Both the position numbers and the translations under genes were made by a program. Below, piece after piece: positions 38,626-51,500 of a stretch of 64,000 nucleotides of DNA. The notes under the pieces were generated by a model. It was given only the letters and a program-made list of their open reading frames with translations. It was not told the DNA's origin and ran no database searches. The number at the start of each line of letters is the position of its first letter. Within the stretch, counting starts at the first letter, position 1. This stretch comes from Phoronis australis (lineage: Eukaryota > Animalia > Phoronida): positions 1 through 64,000 of the forward strand of contig NMRA01000312.1 of NCBI GenBank assembly GCA_002633005.1, written 5' to 3'.

Positions 38626-39859
38626 CCTGAATTCCTATTTCTTGCCTATGTCATTTTAATAAGAATAAGTCACTTTAAATAATAAGCAGTTGTATATTCT
38701 CCGAAGCCTGTGTGTTTTTGCTTAAGTGAGATTTAAATATTATGTCAGAAATAGTTGTATTAAAATCACTTTTCATTAAACTGGCCCCACATATATACGT
38801 ATACTTGGGTGATGTTGATTAGGTACCGCTCTTGCCCTCACTTGGACCCATGTGCAGGTATCCAATCTTGCATGACAGTGACAACTCCATTACAACATAT
38901 AACCTCCTGTCGTTTTTGCTTGCTCCCACTTATTGCCCAGCCCAGAAGACATCATCTTTTGCATTTGGACTTGATATAGTGACTAAACTTGGAATGGTGA
39001 TTTGTTGCTGAGGACAAAAGTTTGCCTCTCTACACTGTCTTTTGACCTTATCTGCATTCAAATGGTAGCCTTGCTTGCTGTTCATCCTCGAAAAAACGAA
39101 CACGAAATAATTGATAGTTATAAGGCAAATACGTTCAAGGCTATAATAGTTACGATTGATTGATGAAAGCCATTCTGAGTTCTGAATTATTGAAAAGAGC
39201 AACTAAACGTGACTTTTTCGATTGCCTTACATTGAAAGGTAGACGAGTGAAGATACGGCCACGACCACTCGCATATTTAAAGGGTCTAGAAACCATTATT
39301 CCACCACAAAATAATGTGTCCTGATTTAAGCCACTTACCGTTATAAAATTGGTGAAAAATTGTTCCTCAGTCAAATAGGAGAGCTCTAAAAGAACAGATA
39401 GATCACTTTTTCGTGAAACTAAGCTTAACAAGGTGGCTCGCCACGGAATAACGAATTGATTGTACTTAGCAAACGAAGAAATCACTTCATATCCGTGTCA
39501 GCAACAAGTTGAGAATAACTTCATTGCGGTAAGTGGTTTAAATTAAAAAAATCAATTCTTAGATGCAACGCGGGTTCATCGCCGCTTCACTGTATCAACC
39601 CCTCTAATCGACTACAACATGTCTTAAAAATTTCATCGCGGTATCATCCGTTTTTGAGCTGCTTTAACTTTGTAAAAATAGCTTCCAGCAGTGGTAAAAC
39701 CAAGAAGAATATATTGATAAATACTACTATATATTCTATAAGAGCATGTCATTTAGCTTAGACTCAGAACTATACAGATACATTCTGCAAAAATTGACTT
39801 TTCTAAACTGTACAAAAACAATATTCATGCACGCAGGTAAACACTTAACTGGTTTGGTT

Positions 39860-40250
39860 ACGGACTCTCTTGAATTTATTGCTTTCAAACTTTTTATAGA
39901 ACAGCCGATGATTATGGGACAGAGTATACAGCAGTGCACCTATCGTCGACAACAACACCAACAATGAAACTACTTCTCTAGTAAACTATACGCTTAAATT
40001 CCGGATCTTCGAAAAAAACCATTCATTATCAAGTGGGGGGTTCCAAACTATCTATTTCGCGGGTTTTTAGCATTTTAACCTCCACCTTGATAATGAATGG
40101 TGTTATTCGAATATCCGGAATTTAAACATATAGTTTAGAATTATGTGTTGTTTCATTGACGTTAATGTCAACGATTGGCGAATTGCTGTATACTCTTTCC
40201 CCTAAACATCGACTGCTCTACAGAGGGTTTGAAAGAAATAGATTCAAGAA
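39860..40250. repeat. Long imperfect inverted repeat (foldback element)
   Basis: Arms taaattccggat...ccattcattatcaag / cttgataatgaatgg...atccggaattta and agagtatacagca / tgctgtatactct are symmetric about ~40060. Confidence 0.8.
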
Positions 40251-42414
40251 ATTGCTTGGCTTAATTACACAACATGTAGCGACCATGAGAATATATAGTA
40301 AGTTGAAAATCGCCAAATGAACGAGTTTTGTGCCAAAAATCACTGAACCGTGTCCAGTAAGTATCTTGACGTAATGCTGGGGAGTAACACTGCATGATGC
40401 GGGCTACGTGAGCCCGCGAGATACGTCATCAGTGCAAAGGTTACCTATTTGCAGATTTTTTTGTATTCACATTTACGAACTGCCAGTGAACACAACTGCA
40501 CTTTGTTTAGCGTAGATTATGTTAAAATAACATTGTTGTTTAGTTCCTGCTATACATGAGCATACATCTTTAACCAAAACAGTCTAGCGTTAACGAAAAT
40601 AATAACCAATATACAATTTACAACATGGAAAAATGATAACATGTCTCTACAAATATAATTTCTGTTACCGACATCAGCAAACGAACATTTGAGCCAAAGT
40701 GTATGAAAAGGCAGAAAGGTTATCGTGTGTATTCAATATTTTTATGTGTCACTAAATTGAAACAAATATTCATTTCTAGCAAAATTTTAACGTGTCTGTA
40801 TCCGTTGGAAACCTGAAGAAATTTCATCCCTTGGAATTTCGTTTGGAATTTTGACATGAAATGCCGACGAAAAGGCGGCCATTTTGTTAAGACTTCACAT
40901 GGACTTTTGCCACAAATACTTGACTGTACTCAGAACTCGCTTAATTGTGCGCCCCAAGAGGGAAAGTGAAATACCCTTTGTAACTATTCGATTGTTTAGT
41001 GTGACGTCATTTTAACGTTTTGGACACAGTTAAATGAAACAATAATGCAAATTGAATATAATACTGACAATTAGGCCAGACACCTGCAGCTCTTTAAATT
41101 ACTAAGCACTTTGAATATTATTACCAGGATGGAACTGGCCAATATTATCATTCTCAACCACCAGGGAACATACACATACAATGAGTGCATGCATTGTTGG
41201 AGCACATCGATCAATTTAAACATAATTTTGTGAAGTTTCAAGCACTGAAAAGCCACCGTGGTTACCCGAATGAGATAGAAAAGCCAAGACCTGAGAACTT
41301 TTTGACAGTGTGCATTTCTATTCCTATTTGCAAGTCTTAATCGCGTCACAACAGTGCCAGACACGTAACCACGTACACATCCGATCACGTTTTCCCGCCA
41401 AATCGCTATCTCCTACGGTAAATAACTGTATGGGTTATTGCCCGCTAGTTATTGACTGATGAGCTCATAGTGGGTGTAGTTCTACCATAGACGATGGTTC
41501 TACAACTTATCGAAAACGATAAGAACGCGTTACGCCTAAAACTTATTCTACTATTAAAATTGAATGGACAGATTTTCCAACGGGAAGATTTACTGCCGGT
41601 AGCTTGATTCAAGATGAGGTTTGCGATTTTATTTATTTATTGTGATATTTAAAATGAGGGTGGCATCTTCAGTGATAGCACTGCTTTCCAAAAGGGCCCA
41701 TTTCCTAATTAGCGCTGTCTAAGCTTTTAATGTTACGCGGCACTATTCAATAGTTTTTGAGCCAGGGTTGAATTCATCCTCATCTATTCATTAAAAATTG
41801 ACAATTGCTGTATTGATTGATTATTTGAAATTTTACTGCGTGTGGACTTTATGAAAGTTATTTAATTGATTAGGAGTTAAAAGGCAATTTGGGAACCATT
41901 TAACCCATTTTTCTCAGGCGAGGGTTCTCTTAAATCTCCAATACATGCATGTGGGAAGCTGGAATTTAGTAAAACATTCGGTTATAACTCACACCCTTCA
42001 GATTTGTAAAGAAACGGGATGGATTTTATAATCTGGAAGATTTTGTCATGATCTATCTGTTGTCTCATTGCTTATGCAAATAGTGTTTTTAGGGATGAAA
42101 ATTGTGTATTTTTGACTGTTTCCACTAGTCGTAAAACAGAATTTTTTTATTTTGGAATTAAACCTATTGGACTTCGTCTTTGGTACTGTATGCTTTTCAT
42201 ATATCGAGTTTTTACATCCTGTGTAGGAAAAAAATAGGAGCGTGTGAAGTACGTTTTCCATGCCCAAACCTGCAAAAACTGTTGAGTGCTACCTTGTGAA
42301 CACATTCAAGTAACATTTGTCTTCGATAGAGGCGCTGTACACGCCGCTGCGTACCACATCTAAGTGTCCCTGAGATTAAAAACATAAAGGGAATACAACA
42401 GCCGTCGATGACAA

Positions 42415-42577
42415 TTAAAACACGACATCATTGTAGTCACCATTTGAGGTTCCTTTCTCCAAGTCTCTTGGAATGTTGGAGAAAACGTCCTTTCGTTGCA
42501 TTTCCATATAGACTTTGTTATCGTACACGGTGGACGCGTCTTCACTGTCATCTAATACTCTATCAGGTTCAGATGAA
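42415..42577 (-). CDS. Gene B terminal exon: cytoplasmic tail
   Basis: ttttcag|T, then SSEPDRVLDDSEDASTVYDNKVYMEMQRKDVFSNIPRDLEKGTSNGDYNDVVF*. Phase matches the TM exon (CG|T), and a conserved paralog lies at 1547-1703. Confidence 0.82.
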
Positions 42578-45500
42578 CTGAAAACAGTGAAAAATGCAAG
42601 TAATAAGAGAGAAATTTGATCATTTTCTTTTATAAAAATGCAGTTTCACCAAAATAAACCGTCATTTTAAAGTAATGAAAATTACCTCTCAGCGCAATTC
42701 AATTGTAGGCTTCATTCAAAACGCTTGGAAGGATTTAAAAGTCGTGAAGTTATTATGAAATTAAGTTGCAATTTTGTTAGTTTTAATGGGCATTTTCTCG
42801 GAAAGGGCATGCTGTCAACTTAAAATAAAAATAGGAGATATTAATGAAATACTGGAAATTGACACCAAACAGATACAACTAACATATCAGTCAGTCAATC
42901 AATAATAATTTATTTTAGTGACCTGTAGCAATTGCTACCCAACCACAACTTGGGCCTATAAGTCACCATTTCCAAACAGAACGTACAAAATAGGCAACAC
43001 ATAGGCAACACATACAATGACAAAAAGAAAACCAGACCAACCTTCTCAATCATTATTAATTAAATAGTAAATGACAGTTTTGTTCGCCTGAGAAATGCAT
43101 TATAAATAAAACTGACATCTATGTTGCTCACAGTGATGTTAGTCATCAAAACAAACTGGTTCTAAATTCCTAGCTCACTAAATGTGGGACAGACCAGCAT
43201 GACCTCTATTTGACAGTTCTGTTAAGAAATTGATAGATACACAAACAGCGAAAGAAGAACACATTCGCGAGGTTCAACACAAAATTCTCCGTAAGTTTTG
43301 TTACGTTAATGTATTGTCATCGTTCGTATTCGTATATGCAATCATACGAAAATCCACAAATTTCTCACCGATCACTGAAAAAGAGGGGAAAGGTGATCGT
43401 GATTTTATTTCAGGTAAAACTTTGACAGAGCCCATGAGGATTTCGATTAAGGATTCTAAAGAATAGATGGGACATTAATTCCTTGGTATATTTAGTTATC
43501 CACATTCGGGATGTCCTGTCTTGCTTTATTTCTGTAAATAATGTTTAAATAAATTGGTGGGTATGTTTAGATTAAAAAAATAGATTTTGGAAAGCCAAGG
43601 ACCAATTAATAACAATTTGGGATTATTCTGAACGTTATGGGTCCTTTAATACAAAACAATGGAAAATCATTGTATTACTAAACTCCATTCGTGAATTTTC
43701 TACATTGTAATCCAAGGCGGTCACTGTCGCCATAGCTATTTTCAACGTCTACAAGTGAATGACTATAAATCTGGTAGTCTATTTTCTAATGTGTACATCA
43801 ATCATTTTGTGTATGCTAACAATCTTGTTCTGTTCTCACCTAAGTTAGTGGACTTTTTGCAAACTTCTTTCAGCATGTGAACTATATGGGTTACAACATG
43901 ACATTGTGCATTGCTAGACCAGGAGTGCTGTTAGGTGTGTTTAAAACAAAGTTGTTAGCTAATCCTATGTTTCATAACTTTTATTTGAGTGGTGAACCTT
44001 TGAAAGTTGTACAAGAGATTAAATATTTGGGTCATATCATAACTAGATCTTTGGGGGATGTCCCCGACATCTTACGGCAACGGAGAAAACTATACGCTCA
44101 ATCCAACTCTTGTTGGAAAATTCAATGTGGGTAGATTTCTTGTTTGTAGTCTCCCTGTTGAAATTCTACTGTTCACCTCTTTCTGTGCTCCAGTGTCTGT
44201 GATGGAATTCCAAATGTGGTACGTATGATATGTTAAATACCTCATACCAACGTGATCAAGAGTTTCCTAGTGGGTTTTTGTAAGTTTGAAAGTACGACGT
44301 GTACTTTTTCGGTGTTCAGTGTTGTGAATCGACTCTACGAAAATTTCATTACAGATTTTAACGGGTGATGCAATAATGTTTACTCAAATAATTCCTTATT
44401 CTTAATATGTAGTGTTAAATTGAATACATTCCAACGTCTACCATGTTTAACGGATAAATTAATTTTCATTCAATCACCTGATATTTTAGAAATGTGCTCC
44501 TCGGTTTTACTAAAGTGTTTGCATACAGTGCCTAATTCGGATACAATAATCTAACCTTAGACATTAAATTCAAGTTGTTAAATGCATTTACCGTCAATAT
44601 TTTGACATTTACCACTTTACTTTTATATCAACCCTGAGGGTTTATTTGCATTACTCATCTCTATTTATAGGCTCAAGGGTCTACTTTTGTATTCATACAT
44701 TTCTCTACTCGACACCTGACCAGTTTGCCACTCATACTTCCCTTGTTCAGTTCAACGTGATGTAGCTCTTTCAGCCACCTGCCTCATCATCTACAAGACC
44801 TACGTTTGTACTCTGCATGTCCCCCATCTTGCAGAATCTTATTTAGTTCTTCTACTTACGTCATAATAAATAACATTATTCTCAATCCTCATCTTGTTTT
44901 GCTCTGCAACATAGCTCGTGGCGTACCCCGGGCCGCAAAATAGATACCATAAAAACAGTAATTTTGACGGCATGTCTTGGAAGTACTTTTAGTAGCATTG
45001 TATACCGTATTAAAAGTACGTACTCGGTTTTACGGCAAACAAACGCAATTTGGGATTGTTATGGGTGGTTATATGTGAAAATATTAGCCTTGACTAAAGC
45101 TTTAAAACAAATATGACTGTTGCTCGTGCCAAGAATTTTACGATGACACTTGGCTTACCTCAAATTCCAACTGCTACCTGGTAGTTTAGTAATTGGCCCA
45201 ATCATGTTGCACACCACCAGAAATAATGAGGAACATATTATTGCAACATTAAACAAACGTTTTAGGCTGTAAAAGTCACATTCCTCAATTGTCCAATTTT
45301 CATATTTCAAAAACCTAATTGCGTGAGCTTTTCACGAAGTATTCAAATGAAGTATTCATAAACTTCCAAAACGAAAATTTAAAAATACTTCTATCGCCCC
45401 TCATGTGTTTATTATGGTCTCGTTATCTAAAGAACGTATAGCGCCACCTGGCGTCGAATACATAACAACATCAACAGTCTAAGGCGATTTAATTAACCAC

Positions 45501-48500
45501 AACAACATGGAGTATTTGATTTGAACCGGCAAATTCTGTTGTGCGCAAACCGGTCGAGTTGCCCAATCTCATCCGGTTAGGGTGTCAAAGTAGGATTCTT
45601 TTCATGATTTTTGGTATTTATTAGACATAGGCGAATCTTCACATAGGCTTTCAGTTAAGAGTTAACTGAAACTGAAAGGCAACAGTCCAATTAGTCCAGC
45701 AGCCAAGGTCAACCCCGGCTGGCTACACGACTCGACCTCATGGCTCAGAAAGAATAAAAGATCTAAAATCTTTGGGAAAGCCGCAAACCACCCCACGCTC
45801 GTTCACGATATGACTGAAATGCATTTTTAACGGTAGGCAGCCATTCTTTGCATCAATTTCATATGCGCTACGAGGTCGAGATGTCCAACCAACCCGAATT
45901 AATGCGGGCTGTACGTCTTTTCGGGTTGCCAAAGCGGAAGGTGTGGTGCTTAGCAAAACCGGCGTAAAAAGCTAAGGACTAACCTCTTGAGCAAGAGAAG
46001 AGCTGGCACACTTTGACGGATTAACCTCCCTACATTTGGGGTCGAAATCGAGAATTGAACTACCGATCGAGCTTGTTATGGTTCTAGGCAAATCGTATAT
46101 TTGCATTCCTTTCCCGTCTGCCAAAAATAGCTTCACATTCGTGATAACTTGCTTTTGTTAGATTCTAAATGCTAACCTAAAAATATTTTTGAAAAGATTA
46201 CATCGTTTCTAGCATTTGACTAATTAACCGATTTAATTCCGCGCTTAATTAAAAAAAATAATTATTTCGGCCAATCGGCATAATCATACACAACTCACTT
46301 TCCTGAACGGCAAAATCCGCTTTCAAAACCCGATAACCTGATGATTATATCTACTAGCTTAGGAAGGTTTGGCATCTATACTACAAATTGTGTTTTTAGA
46401 CAACATGCCTGAAATCTAAAACCAAATTTAGGGCAAAGAAAGCTTATGAGAAAGGTTGTACCTAAAGGTCACGTGGTTCAACAGCCGGGAAAGACTAGGC
46501 TTACTGGCCTCGCAGATTTTTGCGAAAATAAAAGCAAAACAAAAAACATTCACTCAAGAAAATCAAAGTATTTTTGAAGGCAATCCACGGACAGCTGTTG
46601 AAGTGTTGCTTGGGATAAATTGGAGTGCTTGTGTTCGACTTTATACATTGCATTCGTACGGTCCTGCGAACAAACATGAATGGCACGTTGAAATAATGTA
46701 AGTGATAGAAACGTTAAGCGGCAGAGTGACGATAGATGCGTTGAACTCTAAATTCACACGTACCATTTTTCATATGTGTTGCATTACAGGGACACGTGCT
46801 TCATCGTCACCAATTCTGCCTCTTCAATCATTTCTCAGAATTTTATTTGTAAAATCTCTAGACATCTGATTTATATTAATACGGTATGTAAAGATACAGG
46901 CACAGCTTCTCGTGTTTTATTGTCTGCCAGAAAAGATTTAGTCACTGGAACCACATGACCAATTACTATTGCCATGCAAATGCCTCCTATCACATTCTAT
47001 TGAAGAATCCCTTAAACTTACTGATAACTTTTAAGCCTTAACTCTAGGCAACTGCCTTGTTTTGATTGGTACATACTAAGATGGCCGCTGCAAGGGAAGA
47101 AATGTGACGTTTACTGACAACACAAAGACAGAATTACCATCAACCACTGACTGACTTGGTCAGTTCTGCCGGGTCATCCAACTAAAACTTATGATTGGTT
47201 CTGGATGACGACTTACCGCTTACAGAACAATCAGATGTTTCAGCCAGTTGACCTGAAGGAATCGGCAAAGTCAATGAAGTGAAGTCATTGTAAGGTAGAC
47301 TATGACATGTACAATATAAGGGAACAAAAAGTGAAGAACGCACGTGATGTGGTCCGTGGTGTAGCTTGGGTGACGTGTCTCAGGCGACATTTTGAACAAA
47401 GGTGCCTAATCGCGCGACAGGCGACAGGAAAAGAATGCGACATTGTAAAGGGGGTAAAGAAGATGATTTGGTGACCACTAAGGGATTTTTCGCGGCAGGG
47501 GTGTCACCTGATCAGCAATTTTTTTAAAAAGTAGGCACTAGTTTGAGTTCAACATGCCGCATGGCCGCACGAAATTCAACCGTCCACGCACCAGGTCACA
47601 AATGTGTATTTGACAGAATTTTCTAGTAGCGTGTATGCGCGTATTAAGACCCATTTCCTGTAGTTAAAATAATGCGTTCTTAAGAGAACGCTCAAGTATT
47701 TCGCATATATGTGCTGTGCGTTATTCCCTGCAAACTCGTACTGTGTGTCATGTATTTCTGAGTGTTTTATGTATGTTTTCTACTCTTTACTTTTCACTTA
47801 TAAACAGTTCAAGGAGAATTTCACTGCAGTTTAGCTATCAGTGTCCAATTTATAATCAAGGCATTTGTAGGGTAAAAAAACCTCACTACAAATTCGATCC
47901 TGAACTGTTTCTAATGAGCCGCCATTTTTGAATTCGCAATTTTGAGGTAAGAATTTCATATAATTATAAGCGTAAGCCACAATTCCAAGTGTGGACGCAG
48001 CTTCACACGCACGATCATGGGCCTAAATACGCGCACGTACGCCACGGTAGGTATGTGCATTGATGCTAGCCGTGCCCTTTAAGTGTACTCGCTCATTGGG
48101 ATATCAAACATATCTTTCATTTCGGGTATTAACCCAATTACTTTGGTGCTTTTACTAAATAGTGTAGCTTACCGACGACGGCACCTAAACGTGAGGTATC
48201 CAACGATACTGAGCAAAAGAACAGCTGCTGCAGCTCCCGCTACGATGTACCAATTGTCTTCGATCCATGTCTGAAAATATATGTAAATGAGATATGTGGT
48301 GGATAAAAGATCGCGCACGAATATTAGATCTGCATGATGTTAGTTACCTTACGAAGGAAATGCCACAAACTTTGGTCCCTTTGTTTTGTGGTCAGAGTAC
48401 GTACAGTATATTATTGTCATTTATGAAGACCGGTGTACAAAGACTCGGGGTACGCCTGAACTGTGTCCTGTCTGTATGTAATGATTGCAACATCCGGGTA

Positions 48501-51500
48501 TTTACTGAATAATGGGGCCCCTATTCTGGGAATCAAATACATGCAGGGCTCTGAGTCTGACAGACACATACACTCATTCCCTCTCTGTCCTTGCCTCTCC
48601 TCCTCTCTCCCCCACTCTCACCTTCTTTCTCTCTCTTTCTCTTTCCATCCCCCTCTCTACCTCCCCCTTCCTCCTTCCCACCAATTCAAAACATTATTCT
48701 GGGGTTACGAGCTATTCTTTTTGATTTCACGTTTGGCGTTATCAGTTTCATTTCATGTCTCATGAGTGGGTCGGTCTTCGAATTGACAGTCAGATTAGTT
48801 CAAATATCTAGTTTTGTTCTTGCTGTTGCTGCTTTATCGTATGATGACAAGTTACCTTCGGCCCTTCAGTGGGTTTGAAGTTGACGGCTCCATCGTACAC
48901 TTGTGCAGAGATAGAGGACGCAAGTTGATTGACAGGCGTGATAGATAAAACGTCTTCCGTTTCCAGAACTTGACCATTTGCATTCACTTCGAAGGTCACC
49001 TGAGTAACCTCCTCCCTAAAATTAACAAATCGTGAGAAAACAAGTTTTGAACCTTAAATGTGCCTTTTGATAGCCCATTTTAGTAGAATAACTTACCGCT
49101 TCACAAAACGATATTTAAAGTCGACAGACAGGCCAAGAGAGTAAAACCCGTGTACAGGATAAGTAGAGTGCATAGATATGAGCCAAAATTTAATGGTTAT
49201 TCATTAGTCCGTTCTCTGCATGAAACCCATCTGGCCGCCTATATAATGATGAAACTTGTTCACGATCTTTGATTCAGTTTGAATATCTTGTGCACAAGCA
49301 TTATTAACGACCATAGATATGAGATAAACAATTTGAAAATGAAAGGTTTTTTGGTATATTAGATATACAGTCATCTACTGGTGCGCTTGCAAAAGGGCAT
49401 AAAACAATTTTTGAAAGTGAAAACATAACCACTTCTTCCATTTTGCATGCAAAACAAGTATGTGCTTCACTCTTATTACATCGTAGCATTCAAAGGGCCT
49501 TACACTCACCCATTTTCACCAGTTCCTTTCACTGTCACAACAGCCACTTTGACATCTACAGACTGCAGCGCCATCTTTTTGGCTATTTCACTTTGAACTG
49601 AAGTCTTTAATTTTTCTATATCTTCACTAGATATTTGCCCCAAAATGTTCATCGATGTTGAAGGTGTATTCGTCGACTTGGGTTCAGTAGCTGTAGTCGT
49701 CAGGTGCCTTGTTGTTGGAAAACGCTGAGTTGATGTAAAACTGGACGGTGCTGACGTCATGCTTGTCACTATTGTAGAAGTTGACGGTTGCGTTTTTCGT
49801 TTGGTGAACGATTGTTTTGGAGTAGCGGTAGACTTTCCATTGCTTTCCGAAAACATTCCTACGTTTGTTGATGAAGTGACGAGACTTCCTTTGGTGGTCA
49901 ACTCCAAGTTTAACGAAGTAGTTGGTAGACTTTCTCCACCTTTCGTTGAGGATTCAATAACAGAGGAAGTAGTTACATGAATTTCCGCATCTTTTGTAGT
50001 CAAATGAACATTTAAGGAAGAGGTTGGAAAATGATCTGAGCTTTTCGATGTCAATTCTTCCTTTGATATAAGGGTAGTAGAGTATTTTGTTCCCGTTGAA
50101 GACAACTGCTTATTTGGCGCAGAAGTACTTTGGCGTCCCTTACTACCCGTGGTTAACTCTACAGAAGAAGACTTTCGTTTTGTAGCTGTGGTTAGGTTTT
50201 CCTTTGTCGGAACAGTAGACCTGACCTTCGTGGGAAGTTCTACAGTTGCCGTAGAAGTACTACGACGGGCTACTTCTTTTGTTGTCAGTTTAGTATTTGA
50301 TAACGATGTAGTAGAACGTTCCGTATTTCCAGTGGTCATCTCTACCTGTGTCGAAGAGGTAGAATAACGGTCTGTTTCTTCTGTGGTTTCTAACCCATTT
50401 GACAGAGAAGAAAGTTCAGTACTTTTCGTGCTCAACTCTGCAGTTGACAAGGTGGAATTTTGACCATGTGTACTATACGAGGTAAACACTCCACTGGACA
50501 AGGAGGTAGTTTGACTTCTGGTGTCTTTCGTGGTAAATCCTATGTCTGACGAATAGCTACTTTGACCTTCTGTAACTTTCGTGTTCAACTCTACATTAGG
50601 CGAAAATGTCCTTTGATGTTGCGTACCATTCGTGGTAAACTCTACATTTGAGATCGTTTGACCAGTAGCTGTTGTGGTCGAATGTACATACGTCAAGGAG
50701 GTAGTCTGACCTTCTTTACCTTTCGTGGTTAAATGTACACTTGACAAGGAGGTAGACTGACCTCCTGTACCATTTGTTGTCAACTCCAAGTTTGGCGAGG
50801 AGGTAGTATGAACGTCTGTATTTTTTGTGGTCAACTCAGTATATGACGAAGGTGAAGTTCGATCGTCTCCAGTGGTCAACTCTAAAGTGTCCACGGACGT
50901 AAATTGACTTTCTGTATCTCTCGTGGTCAACACTTCATTTGGCGAGGAGGTAGTTTGACTTTTTGTATTTTTTGTGGTCCACTTTAATTTTGGCGAAGAA
51001 TTAAGGTGACGATCTGAGTCCTTTGTGGTCAACTGTACATTTACAGAAGCTGTATATGTGGTGAATTCTGGACTTACGTCAGCATTGGAGAAGGATGGCG
51101 TGGACATTTCATTTCGTTTTGTGGACATTCCAGTGCTTATCGATGACGTAGTGACTTCATTTGCGCGTTCAGTAGTCACGTTGGTCATGGAAAATGTCAC
51201 AAGTGTAGTTTTACTTCTGACGTTATTTGTGAACGCGCTTGCTAAAGTTGTTGCAAGACTATAATTCTCTTGCGTAGACTGTTTTGCGTTAACTGAAGGC
51301 GAACTAACCGCGCCTTTATCGTTGGTGGTTGATTTTTGTTTTGTCGACAGCGTAACACGATCAGTGGTGACTTGGCTCTTTGTTCGTTTACTTGCCAAAT
51401 GGTCAATTTTTGGTGTTGTAACTCCTTCCGTTTCTTTTGTTGACAATATCACACTATCTGATACAGTTGTTCCAAGCCTTTCAGAAGTAACATAATGTGG

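Noticed and set aside
48463-48878. Overlapping Pro/Ser/Leu-rich plus-strand ORFs
   Set aside because: Products of a CT-rich intronic tract of gene B.
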